Of a stretch of DNA of 64,000 nucleotides, positions 27,851-36,846 are shown piece after piece. This DNA comes from Halorutilales archaeon Cl-col2-1. Its GTDB lineage: Archaea; Halobacteriota; Halobacteria; Halobacteriales; Afararchaeaceae. Below the pieces are notes generated by a model. The model had not been told where the DNA came from. It made no database searches and saw only the letters and a list, made by a program, of their open reading frames with translations. The DNA is taken from contig CP169074.1 in the NCBI GenBank assembly GCA_041891055.1, forward strand, positions 768,001 to 832,000, in the 5' to 3' direction. The position numbers and the translations under genes were made by a program. The stretch's first letter is position 1. Each line of letters begins with the position of its first letter.

Positions 27851-30265
27851 TCACCGAGTATCAAGCGCGTCGGCGACCTCGACCGCCCTCACGGTCTCCT
27901 TCACGTCGTGTACTCGGAGTATGTCGGCTCCCCTGAGGGACGCGACGACGTTCGCGGCTAAGCTGGCTTCGAGACGTTCCTCCTTCGGGAGGTCGGTGAC
28001 TCCACGCAAGAACGACTTCCTCGAACAGCCGATCAGAACCGGATAGCCGAGTGACGCGAACTCGTCGGTGCGCGCGAGAACCTCGGCGTCGCCTTCCTTT
28101 CCTTTCCCGAATCCTATACCCGGATCGAGTATTATCTGTTCGTCGTCTATCCCCGAACGCCGTGCCTGTATGACCTTCTCCGAGAGACGGTCTATGACGT
28201 CGTAGACGACGTCGTCGTACTCCGGCTTTGTCCCGGGATCTACGGGTACGTTGACCGAGTCCATCACGACGACTCGGCAGCCTGTCTCGGCTACGACCTG
28301 CCTCATCCCGGGGTCGTCGAGCCCGGTGACATCGTTTACTATCTCGGCTCCCGCCTCGACAGCGCGCCGAGCGACCTCGGGATGTCTCGTGTCTACTGAT
28401 ATCGGAACGTCGACGTCTATCTCGTCGATCACGGGGACGACACGGTCAGCCTCCTCCTCGGGTGGCACGGGTTCGGCTCCGGGACGTGTCGACTCACCCC
28501 CTACGTCGATTATGTCGGCCCCTTCCTTGACTATCTCGTAAGCCCTCTCGACTGCGTCTTCCCTTGCGGCGTACCTTCCTCCGTCGTAGAACGAGTCGGG
28601 CGTGACGTTTAGTATTCCCATGACCTTCGTCTCCGAGTCGTCCTCACCTCTGTCTTCGAGAGCCGGGCTCAGTCTGTGACGGAGATATCCCAGGGTTCGG
28701 TCGTCTTGGGTTATCTTGTCGTACTCTGAGACCGAGGCGGTTAGACGTAGGTCGGTATAGGTCTGAGACCGTGTCTGTGCCCCGGAAGACGGTGACGAGA
28801 CGGAGGAGTGAGACGGCGACACCTCGGCGTCGGAGTCGGAGGCAGTCTGTCTGAGAGCCCTTTCCTCGTTAGGCGTTGTCTCTCTGAGTAAGACGGACGG
28901 ATGTACTGCGTCTCTCGCCTCGGAGATGTCTCGGATGACTCCGTCTGCGTCCTCGACCGAGTCGAAGACCCTCGAAGCCGTATTCGTCTTCCAGAGAGTC
29001 CTCGCCTCGCCGACTGTGAAGATAGATCCCGTCACGAGTACAGCGTCGTCGTCGCCGGCTGAGTCGACGGCTTGCCTGACAGCCTCACGTACGTCTCGGT
29101 GGACTTGTGACTCGACCCCGGCTTCGTCGAATACCTCGGCTACGACTGAGGCGTCCTCTGAACGAGAGGTCGACGGCTCACACGCATAGACACGCCGAGG
29201 CTCGGCTTCGGCTATCTCCGACACGGTTCGGCGTAAGTCCTTGTCCGACATAACACCGAAGACGACGTCGAGGCTCTCGTACTCCAGTGTCTCTTTCGCC
29301 TCTTCGAGTGTCTCGACTGCTGCCTCCGCACCCGCGGGGTTGTGTGCGGACTCAAGTACAACGACGGGGTCGTACTCTACCGCCTCGAAACGTCCGGGCC
29401 AGTCGGCGCGTTCGAGTCCCTGCCTGACCGCGTCGTCGGAGACACCGAGACGGTCGAGGAGACCTAAAGCGACCGCGGCATTCCTCGACTGGTGTTCGCC
29501 CGCTAAGGGTAGACTGACGTCTTCGAGCCGTCTGCGCGAGGATTCGAGACTCAAGGTCTGACGCAGACGTCTGTCGATCTCTCCCGGCTCATATCCGAGA
29601 TCCTTGTCGACGACGCTCAGGCTCGCGTCTCTGTCGTCAGCCATCTCACGTATGACACCGAGCGGATCACCCCGCGCTCCCGTCGAACAGAAGCCGTCCT
29701 CGGGTATTATGTGTCCTATCTCCCACGCTATCTCTTGGGTGTCGTCTCCGAGAACGTCTGTGTGTTCGAGAGACACGGAGGTTACAGCCGCGGCGTCGGC
29801 GTTACACAGGCTCGTGATGTCGTATCTCCCGCCGAGACCCACCTCTAAGACTGCGTAGTCGAGGTCTCTCCTTGCGAACTCGTAGAAAGCCATCACTGTC
29901 GTAGTCTCGAAGAATGTCGGAGCGTCGCCGTCTGCGACCATCTCGTCTACGAGTGGTCTGATCTCCTCGACGAACTCCGCCATAGCCGACTGTGTCATCT
30001 TCGTGCCGTTGATACGTATCCTCTCGCCGAGGTCGACCATATGTGGAGAGGTATAGAGACCGACGTCGTAGCCGTCACGCCGGAGACACGACTCGACCAT
30101 ACGTGCCGTACTTCCTTTCCCGTTCGTTCCCCCGATCTGTATACCGTCGACCTCCTCGTGGGGATCTCCAAGAGCTTCGAGGAGACGTTCCGCCCTCTCG
30201 AAGCCCTCCTTCATCCCGAACCTCCTGAGCCTGAATAGATACTCGATCGCCGCGTCGGGTTCCAT
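27851..30265 (-). CDS. folP: FolC-FolP fusion (folylpolyglutamate synthase + dihydropteroate synthase)
   Basis: FolC: GTNGKGST, YTSPH, EVGLGGR.D, WPGRFE, AHNP. FolP: MGILNVTPDSFYDGG, GGESTRPG, DPGIGFGK, SRKSF, RVHDV. Confidence 0.93.
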   Translation of the reverse strand: MEPDAAIEYLFRLRRFGMKEGFERAERLLEALGDPHEEVDGIQIGGTNGKGSTARMVESCLRRDGYDVGLYTSPHMVDLGERIRINGTKMTQSAMAEFVEEIRPLVDEMVADGDAPTFFETTTVMAFYEFARRDLDYAVLEVGLGGRYDITSLCNADAAAVTSVSLEHTDVLGDDTQEIAWEIGHIIPEDGFCSTGARGDPLGVIREMADDRDASLSVVDKDLGYEPGEIDRRLRQTLSLESSRRRLEDVSLPLAGEHQSRNAAVALGLLDRLGVSDDAVRQGLERADWPGRFEAVEYDPVVVLESAHNPAGAEAAVETLEEAKETLEYESLDVVFGVMSDKDLRRTVSEIAEAEPRRVYACEPSTSRSEDASVVAEVFDEAGVESQVHRDVREAVRQAVDSAGDDDAVLVTGSIFTVGEARTLWKTNTASRVFDSVEDADGVIRDISEARDAVHPSVLLRETTPNEERALRQTASDSDAEVSPSHSSVSSPSSGAQTRSQTYTDLRLTASVSEYDKITQDDRTLGYLRHRLSPALEDRGEDDSETKVMGILNVTPDSFYDGGRYAAREDAVERAYEIVKEGADIIDVGGESTRPGAEPVPPEEEADRVVPVIDEIDVDVPISVDTRHPEVARRAVEAGAEIVNDVTGLDDPGMRQVVAETGCRVVVMDSVNVPVDPGTKPEYDDVVYDVIDRLSEKVIQARRSGIDDEQIILDPGIGFGKGKEGDAEVLARTDEFASLGYPVLIGCSRKSFLRGVTDLPKEERLEASLAANVVASLRGADILRVHDVKETVRAVEVADALDTR

Positions 30266-30359
30266 ACTCAGAAGAGGGTAGTCGTTGCTAAGGCAGTTAC
30301 GGTGTCGGTGTCAGTCTGAGTGTCGTCGTAGTCTCACGGATATACTACAACTGTATGAT

Positions 30360-30545
30360 AAAATACAAAAATTATCGATCATAACAGTAATTCGAGGCGG
30401 CCGGCATCGGCAGGCTATGGACGAGGTGATACCTCGACTCCTTGAGGGCTTCTCCAACCTGCCCACGAAAGGCCAAATTGCCGCCTCCGGGATCTCTGAC
30501 GATCCCTGTACTGTGTTGGAGACGTAGTCCCAAAAAGATGGGGAT
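30360..30545 (-). ncRNA. Candidate structured RNA (multi-stem with alternative or pseudoknot pairing) between folC-folP and purD
   Basis: Nested complementary segments: 30384-89/30509-14, 30394-401/30480-87, 30409-14/30458-63; hairpins 30422-36 and 30489-506; 8-bp 30451-58/30515-22. Minus-strand TATA-like at 30565-72 and U-tract at 30360-71. Confidence 0.55.
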
Positions 30546-30637
30546 TAAGTTTCAGGATAGCATCATTTTAAATTATTAGGTATCGATACGTCTGCGTACA
30601 ACCACCAGATTGATTTAGGCGACAACGTATCTCGCGT

Positions 30638-31918
30638 ATGGACATACTCGTAGTCGGATCGGGCGGACGCGAGCACGCGATCACACGTGCAGTGTCGGAG
30701 TCCGAGAAGGACGTCAGTATCTACGCTGCTGTGACTAACAGGAATCCCGGGATAGAAGAACTCGCCGACGGCATAAGGGAGATCGAGACGGAAGATCCCG
30801 AGGCTGTCGCCGACTACGCCGAGGAGGTCGGTGCCGAGATCGCTGTCGTGGGACCCGAGTCACCGCTTCAGGCGGGAGTCGTCGACGCTCTTGAGGAGAG
30901 AGGTATCTACGGCTTCGGTCCCAGAAAGGAGGAAGCGCGCATAGAGACCGACAAGGCGTGGGCGCGTGAGTTCATGCGCCAAAACGGTATATCCGGCACA
31001 CCCGACTTCGCCGTCTTCTCAGACGTCGACGAGGCGTGTGACTACGTCGACGAGTACGACGGAGACCTGGCTGTGAAGCCTCGTGGACTCACCGGAGGAA
31101 AAGGTGTGAGGGTCACAGGAGACCAGATCACCAAGGAAGAGGCGAAGGAGTACATACGTGACTCGGGCTACGACGAGTTCGTCTTAGAGGAACGTCTCGT
31201 CGGAGAGGAGTTCACTCTCCAGGCTTTCGTAGCCGACGGCGAGGTACGTCCGACACCCGCCGTCCAGGATCACAAACGCGCCTACGAGGGCGACGAAGGA
31301 CCCAACACTGGTGGAATGGGAAGCTACAACGACGCGGGGTATCTCCTGCCTTTCATGACTCAGGAGGAGTACGACGACGCACTCTCTATAATAGAGGAGA
31401 CCGTCGACGCCCTCCCCGAGTATAAGGGGATACTCTACGGACAGTTCATGCTCACCTCGGAGGGTCCTAAGGTCGTCGAGTTCAACGCACGTTTCGGCGA
31501 CCCCGAGGCTATGAACGTACTCCCTATACTCGAAACCGACTTCGTCGATGTACTCGAAGGCGCGCGAGACGGTGACCTGCCTGAGGTCGAGTTCGAGAAG
31601 AAGGCGACTGTCTGTAAGTACGCCGTACCAGAGGGTTATCCCACGAACCCCGAGAGCGGCGCGCGTATAGAGATAGACGAGGGCGACACCGATGCACTCG
31701 TCTACTACGCGAGCGTCGACAAGAGGGACGACACACTCTACACCACGACCTCTAGGTCTCTCGGGGTCGTTGGCGTCGACGGGACGATAGAAGGAGCCGA
31801 GGAGATAGCCGAGGACGCCCTCTCGATACTCGGAGACGGACTCCGTGTGAGACACGACATAGGCAACTCCGAACTGATACAGAGACGTATCGACCACATG
31901 GAGAGTCTGAGACAGTAG
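30638..31918 (+). CDS. purD: Phosphoribosylamine-glycine ligase
   Basis: VGSGGREHA, VGPE.PL..G..D, QDHKRAYEGDEGPNTGGMG and EFNARFGDPE. Confidence 0.97.
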   Translation: MDILVVGSGGREHAITRAVSESEKDVSIYAAVTNRNPGIEELADGIREIETEDPEAVADYAEEVGAEIAVVGPESPLQAGVVDALEERGIYGFGPRKEEARIETDKAWAREFMRQNGISGTPDFAVFSDVDEACDYVDEYDGDLAVKPRGLTGGKGVRVTGDQITKEEAKEYIRDSGYDEFVLEERLVGEEFTLQAFVADGEVRPTPAVQDHKRAYEGDEGPNTGGMGSYNDAGYLLPFMTQEEYDDALSIIEETVDALPEYKGILYGQFMLTSEGPKVVEFNARFGDPEAMNVLPILETDFVDVLEGARDGDLPEVEFEKKATVCKYAVPEGYPTNPESGARIEIDEGDTDALVYYASVDKRDDTLYTTTSRSLGVVGVDGTIEGAEEIAEDALSILGDGLRVRHDIGNSELIQRRIDHMESLRQ

Positions 31919-31926
31919 AGAGAGTA

Positions 31927-32430
31927 ATGAGACGCACTCGGAGGTTCGAGACCCAGTACAACTCGCTGAGGTACTGGACGGAGGCACGACACCCCGTCAG
32001 GGTCGTCGTCAACTACGTCGTGATAGTCTTAGCGAGACACTCCCCGAGTCTGCGTCTCAAGAGCTTCCTACTCCGACTCATAGGCGTCGAACAGGGCGAA
32101 CGCGTCTCGTGGGGTTTAGAGTCGACACCCGATGTCTTCTTCCCCGACCTCATAGAGATAGGAGACGACGTCATAATAGGCTACGACGCCACTATACTCT
32201 GCCACGAGTTCCTGAGACACGAGTGGCGGAAGGGGGAGGTCGTGATAGGAGACGACGTCATGATCGGCGCGAACGTCACCGTCCTTCCCGGAGTCGAGAT
32301 AGGAGACGGAGCCGTTATCGGCGCGAACAGTCTCGTCGACAGGGACGTCGAACCGGGCGAGAAGGTCGTGGGTGTGCCTATAAGTGACAGCTACCAGTCG
32401 GATCACAACGCCAAGAATAAGTCGGAGTAA
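31927..32430 (+). CDS. Hexapeptide-repeat acyltransferase
   Basis: IGDDVIIG and IGDDVMIGANVTVLPGVEIGDGAVIGANS repeats. Confidence 0.9.
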   Translation: MRRTRRFETQYNSLRYWTEARHPVRVVVNYVVIVLARHSPSLRLKSFLLRLIGVEQGERVSWGLESTPDVFFPDLIEIGDDVIIGYDATILCHEFLRHEWRKGEVVIGDDVMIGANVTVLPGVEIGDGAVIGANSLVDRDVEPGEKVVGVPISDSYQSDHNAKNKSE

Positions 32431-32449
32431 TCTCTGTATAGGTCTACTT

Positions 32450-33415
32450 ATGAAAGCTGTCGTTCTGGCGGGCGGTTACGCAACACGTCTCTGGCCCATA
32501 ACCAAGAACCGCGCGAAGCCTCTTCTTCCTCTCGGCGGAAAGCCCATAGTAGACTACATACTCGACCCTCTCGAGGACGAGGACGCTGTGTCCGAGGTAT
32601 TCGTGAGCACTAACCAGAGGTTCGCCGACGACTTCGAGGAACACATAGAGTCGGAGGGCTATGAGAAAGCGACCGTCGCAGTCGAGCCCACGACCTCGGA
32701 GGACGAGAAGCTCGGAACTATAGGAGCTCTCGCCGACCTCGTAGAGCGTGAGTCGATAGACGAGGACACCGTCGTGATAGCCGGCGACAACCTCTTCTCG
32801 TTCGAGGTCAACGACTTCATAGAGTTCTTTGACTCTAAGGGATCGGCGTGTATCGCCTCGTACGACGTCGGGTCGCGCGAGGACGCAAAGCAGTACGGTC
32901 TCGTGGACGTCGAGGGCGGACAGGTCGTCGACTTCCAGGAGAAGCCCGACGAGCCCAAGAGTACACTCGTCTCGATAGCGTGTTATGCCTTCCCCGCAGA
33001 CACTCTGCGTCTCTTAGACGAGTACCTCAGGGGTGACAACAACCCCGACGCTCCCGGATTCTTCATCGAGTGGCTCCACACACGTGAGAACGTATACTCG
33101 TACGTCTTCGACGGCGCGTGGTTCGACGTCGGAACCCCCGACTCGTACCTCGACGCCAACTCTTACGTGCTCGACGGAAGCGTAATCGAGGACGGCGCGG
33201 TGATCGAGAACACCCAGGTCGGCGAAGACGTCTATGTGATGTCAGGCGCCGAGATACATGACTCCGAGATAGAGAACTCGATAGTATTCGAGAACGCCCG
33301 GATAGACGACTGTACCGTCAGACATTCGATAGTCGACAGGGAAACCGTCTTAGACGGGGTCGACTTCAACAACGCTCTGGTCGGAGAACACTCACACCTC
33401 AACTCCGAGGACTAA
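32450..33415 (+). CDS. Sugar-phosphate nucleotidyltransferase (NDP-sugar synthase)
   Basis: MKAVVLAGGYATRLWP.T...AKPLL, GDN, F.EKP, WFDVGT; C-terminal left-handed beta-helix repeats. Confidence 0.92.
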   Translation: MKAVVLAGGYATRLWPITKNRAKPLLPLGGKPIVDYILDPLEDEDAVSEVFVSTNQRFADDFEEHIESEGYEKATVAVEPTTSEDEKLGTIGALADLVERESIDEDTVVIAGDNLFSFEVNDFIEFFDSKGSACIASYDVGSREDAKQYGLVDVEGGQVVDFQEKPDEPKSTLVSIACYAFPADTLRLLDEYLRGDNNPDAPGFFIEWLHTRENVYSYVFDGAWFDVGTPDSYLDANSYVLDGSVIEDGAVIENTQVGEDVYVMSGAEIHDSEIENSIVFENARIDDCTVRHSIVDRETVLDGVDFNNALVGEHSHLNSED

Positions 33416-34047
33416 GACTCGACGTAGACTCTTTTGGCGTTCTTCGCCTCGACATCATCGCCCTCGTAACGCAGTCTGGTGCCGTCGTCGGTGATAAACG
33501 CCGTGATCTCGTAGCTCCTACCGTCTATGTCGAGGGTCTCACCTACGACTACCGAGTAGTCTCCCGGGAGCCTGACCTTCGTGCCCTCGGAGTCGCCCTC
33601 GGAGTGTACGGTGACATCGACGTTGACGTTGTCGACGGTACGTGTCCAGACTGTCTCAACCTCGTCGGCAGTCGCAGACTCGACACGTTTAGTCGTCTCG
33701 GTTCCCTGGGTGTCTTCTTCTGTGACCTCTACACTCGTGACCTCGACGCCGAAGATACCCTCGTCGGACTCAAGGACGAACTCGTCGCCGACCTCTACGT
33801 ACTCATCCGACTCCATCGGCGCGTGGGTCGAGAAGCTGTCCTCGCCCTGGCTCACGACGACTCGTCTCTCAACCGTCTCAGGCTTCTGTACCTTGACCTT
33901 ATGTACGTGTCCACACTCGGTACATTTCACGGTAGCCTGTGAGTCCTCCTTGAGGACGACGTGGGGCGTCCTTCCGCACGCGGGACAGTCGACGACTACG
34001 TCGGGATCAGTGTCAGACGTCTCGTCACGTCCGTGTTCTTGTTCCAT
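33412..34047 (-). CDS. Archaeal Zn-finger protein (HVO_0476-like)
   Basis: CPACG...H.VLK...V.CTECGHVH and VVSQGE.S motifs. Confidence 0.8.
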   Translation of the reverse strand: MEQEHGRDETSDTDPDVVVDCPACGRTPHVVLKEDSQATVKCTECGHVHKVKVQKPETVERRVVVSQGEDSFSTHAPMESDEYVEVGDEFVLESDEGIFGVEVTSVEVTEEDTQGTETTKRVESATADEVETVWTRTVDNVNVDVTVHSEGDSEGTKVRLPGDYSVVVGETLDIDGRSYEITAFITDDGTRLRYEGDDVEAKNAKRVYVES

Positions 34048-34165
34048 ATCCGAGATTGTGTCTTGTGGTGCATAAGTGACGTGGTGAGAAGGGTTTCCAG
34101 ATAAGGTCATCCGCTCGGACGTCAAAGCAAAAAGCACAAGGTAGACGTCCGAGACTGTTAAGTAA

Positions 34166-34238
34166 GGGAAAGTAGGGTAGCTTGGTATCCTCGCACGTTT
34201 GGGACGTGTGGACCCCGGTTCAAATCCGGGCTTTCCCA
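34166..34238 (+). tRNA. tRNA-Pro(UGG)
   Basis: GGGAAAG/CTTTCCC acceptor stem; anticodon arm GCACG-TTTGGGA-CGTGT; T-loop TTCAAAT; A discriminator. Confidence 0.95.
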
Positions 34239-34311
34239 GTGATCGAACGGGTTTTGGGTTGAAACGATCGAGTCCTCCATCTATTTCACTCCGAATACAT
34301 TCATCCTATTT

Positions 34312-34860
34312 ATGCAGATAGACTCCGACTTCGTCGACGAGTACCTCGAAGTCTACGGCGAGACACAGGGAGTACTTCCAGAGCGCCTCGAAGAGTTCGG
34401 AGAGAAGTACCGCGAACAGGGGCATCTCACACAGGACGACCTCTACGAGATAGCCTACGAGTCGTCGACTCGGAGTGCCTACCACGTCCGGCGCAACCCC
34501 GACGAGGTCTGTGTCGAGGTCACCGAGAACGTCCTCAATCTCAACCTCGAAGACGACGGAGACGACTTCTCACAGATTGCTCTCGTGTCGTCACTCCACG
34601 GCTTCAAGGCTCCGACGGCTTCATGTGTCACCACGGCACTCGACCCTGAGAGACACGCAGTCGTCGACACTCGTGTCTGGGCGTCGCTCGAACGCTCCGG
34701 ACGCGTAGAGGGTAGGAAAGAGACATTCGACGCATTTGACTACTGTGTAATGATAGACGAGATACGTGAGATCGCCGATGAGACGGAATACAGTACTGCG
34801 GAGGTCGGCTACGCCCTCTTTGCACACGACTACGACGTACGGGAGGGTACTCTTCACTAG
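34312..34860 (+). CDS. Hypothetical protein with HhH-glycosylase-like motif
   Basis: LHGFKAPTAS...DPERHAVVDTRVW resembles a helix-hairpin-helix followed by a conserved Asp. Confidence 0.55.
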   Translation: MQIDSDFVDEYLEVYGETQGVLPERLEEFGEKYREQGHLTQDDLYEIAYESSTRSAYHVRRNPDEVCVEVTENVLNLNLEDDGDDFSQIALVSSLHGFKAPTASCVTTALDPERHAVVDTRVWASLERSGRVEGRKETFDAFDYCVMIDEIREIADETEYSTAEVGYALFAHDYDVREGTLH

Positions 34861-35225
34861 ACTCCGGGTATACCCACAGCGGAGAGACTTCCTATACTGA
34901 GGGCTGATAGGACATAGAGCGCGAATACGGACGAGATCCAAGCGACGAGAGCGACTAGACTCGCCTCTATCCATCCGACTCCGTAACGCCCCTTGACAAC
35001 CCCCATCCAAGCGAGGAACGTGAGAATCGGTCCTACGAGAGGTATCCAGCCGACGAACAGACTTACGACTCCCCAGACGAGCGCGCCTACGAGAGCGGTC
35101 ACGACAGCCTTGACGAAAGACCCCTCGGAGAGTATTAGTCTGGCTCCGGCGTATATTCCGAACCCACCCACGAGAAGGCTGACGAAGAAAGCCGTGAGAG
35201 AGCTTGAGAAGGCAAAAGGTGGCAT
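34857..35225 (-). CDS. Small 4-TM membrane protein
   Basis: Hydrophobic ORF with GWIPLVGP and Y..GW..A motifs. Confidence 0.75.
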   Translation of the reverse strand: MPPFAFSSSLTAFFVSLLVGGFGIYAGARLILSEGSFVKAVVTALVGALVWGVVSLFVGWIPLVGPILTFLAWMGVVKGRYGVGWIEASLVALVAWISSVFALYVLSALSIGSLSAVGIPGV

Positions 35226-35234
35226 ATTTTGTTT

Positions 35235-35789
35235 TTAGGGAACGTCGAAGTCGTGGAACGCCTCTCCTTTCTCCTCCGAGAGTATGTCGAGCGCGGCGAC
35301 CGCGCCGTCTCCCGCCGAGATCGAGACCTGTATCTTCTCGGGACGTGCGAGCCATCCGCCAGCGTAGACTCCGTCTACCGAGGTTCGACAGTCAGTGTCT
35401 ATCTCGACACCCCCGTCCTCGTCGAACTCGACACCCATCTTCTCGGTAACCTCGTCGTCGAGACCTGTAGCTAAGACGACGTAGTCGGCTGTGTACTCGT
35501 CTCCTGACCCGGCTGTCAAAGTAAAGCCGTCGTCGTCTTTCTCGACGTCTTCTACTCTCTCGTCGTGGAACTCCGCTCCGTAGTTCTCGCACTGCTGTCT
35601 TCCAACTTCGGCGAAGTCCGATCCGTGTATCTCCTCGATTCCGAGGTAGTTGTAGAGGTAAGCCTTGTGGAGCTTCGTCTCGTCCTCGCCGAAGACATCG
35701 ACGTCGACATCGTTCTTCGCGAGAAGCAGGGCTGCGCTCAGACCCGTGGCTCCGTCGCCTATGACTGCAACTGATGCTGAAACTGACAT
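35235..35789 (-). CDS. Thioredoxin reductase-like FAD-dependent oxidoreductase (short form)
   Basis: VIGDGATGLSAA, NYLG, VLATG, TSVDGVYAGG and SAGDG. Confidence 0.85.
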   Translation of the reverse strand: MSVSASVAVIGDGATGLSAALLLAKNDVDVDVFGEDETKLHKAYLYNYLGIEEIHGSDFAEVGRQQCENYGAEFHDERVEDVEKDDDGFTLTAGSGDEYTADYVVLATGLDDEVTEKMGVEFDEDGGVEIDTDCRTSVDGVYAGGWLARPEKIQVSISAGDGAVAALDILSEEKGEAFHDFDVP

Positions 35790-35829
35790 GGGGTCAGTAC
35801 CCTAAGGAAGCATAAAGTCTTTGTCCCGG

Positions 35830-36165
35830 TCAGGGGGTCTCTCCAAGTGCGTCGGCGTCGTCGCCGAACTCTTCCGACATAAGATCGGGGACGTCGTCGG
35901 GCTTGACGTCGGAGTACCATTCGTTCCTCGGCTGTATAGCGACTGCGACGCCGTCTGTGCTACACAGACCTATACACGATACTGTTCCGACATAGACGTT
36001 CGACCAGAAGACACCTCTCTGTTTGAGCCAGTCGACGACCTCGTCGTAGACCTCCTCTCCTCCGACCTCCGAACACGACGCGTAGTTCGAGTCACGGCTG
36101 TTGGTACAGACTAGAACGTGGTCGGTGAATCCCTCGTCTACGACTTCCTGAGTGCGTTTTCTCAT
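35830..36165 (-). CDS. Thioredoxin-like [2Fe-2S] ferredoxin
   Basis: HVLVCTN...SC...CIGLC...P...WY..V..DDV. Confidence 0.85.
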   Translation of the reverse strand: MRKRTQEVVDEGFTDHVLVCTNSRDSNYASCSEVGGEEVYDEVVDWLKQRGVFWSNVYVGTVSCIGLCSTDGVAVAIQPRNEWYSDVKPDDVPDLMSEEFGDDADALGETP

Positions 36166-36203
36166 GATAAGACAGAGAAGAGCGGGTGCCTAAAAAGAGG
36201 CGA

Positions 36204-36668
36204 TCAGACCTCGAACTCTATGTCGGCGTCCTCTTTTATAGTCTCAAGTATGACGTTGGTGTTGGTCTCGGCTATGTCGGGGTTGTTGAGGAGATCTTTT
36301 ATGGTGTCGTTCATATCCTCCGTGCTCTTGAACTTACCTATCGCTATTATGTCGAAGTCACCCGTGACCTCGTAGACGCTGAGGAACGAGTCTACTTCCT
36401 TGAGGTCTTCGGTGAGACCCGGAAGGCTTCCGCTCTCAGCCTTTATCATCACAGTCGCAGTCACGCCGTAGCCTAGCTCGTCGTAGTTGAGAACGGGCTT
36501 GAAGCCCTTTATGATACCCTCGTCTTCCATGCTCTGGAGATGGTTGCTCACAGTCGTAACCGAGACATCGAGTTCCTCGGCTAAGCTTCTGAGGCTAGCG
36601 CGCCCGTCGTCCAACAACAGATTTATTATTTTAAGATCAAGGTTCTCGTAAGTCATCCTTAACACCAT
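36204..36668 (-). CDS. lrp: Lrp/AsnC family transcriptional regulator
   Basis: MTYENLD..IIN.LL.DGRASLRSLAEELDVSVTTVSNHL and VYEVTGDFD; resembles haloarchaeal Lrp. Confidence 0.88.
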   Translation of the reverse strand: MVLRMTYENLDLKIINLLLDDGRASLRSLAEELDVSVTTVSNHLQSMEDEGIIKGFKPVLNYDELGYGVTATVMIKAESGSLPGLTEDLKEVDSFLSVYEVTGDFDIIAIGKFKSTEDMNDTIKDLLNNPDIAETNTNVILETIKEDADIEFEV

Positions 36669-36846
36669 GTCTGTGGTTTATTACCTTAAAGGTTTTGAGA
36701 TTAGACGTCCATAGTTTGACAGAACTAGTACTATAACAGTGCTGATTCGGAGTATAGTTTAGACCGTACAGAATACGTATCTAAAGGACATGTCGAACAT
36801 CTTCGATAACGATAATTATATACTCACGTCCACCTCATTTTTTTAC

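Noticed and set aside
30460-30506. CGAAA and CTGACGA words suggesting a hammerhead ribozyme, and GGCCGGCAT resembling an HDV ribozyme 5' end
   Set aside because: No NUH cleavage triplet follows the candidate stem III, CTGACGA lies within a simple hairpin, and HDV nested pseudoknot pairings could not be built.
30285-30527. 80-aa ORF across the folP-purD intergenic region
   Set aside because: TTG start, non-acidic composition and no motifs; the region is better explained by RNA structure.
8143-34238. Possible provirus or integrative element at any of the three tRNAs
   Set aside because: No integrase, no duplicated tRNA 3' end (att site) noticed, and flanking genes are mostly housekeeping.
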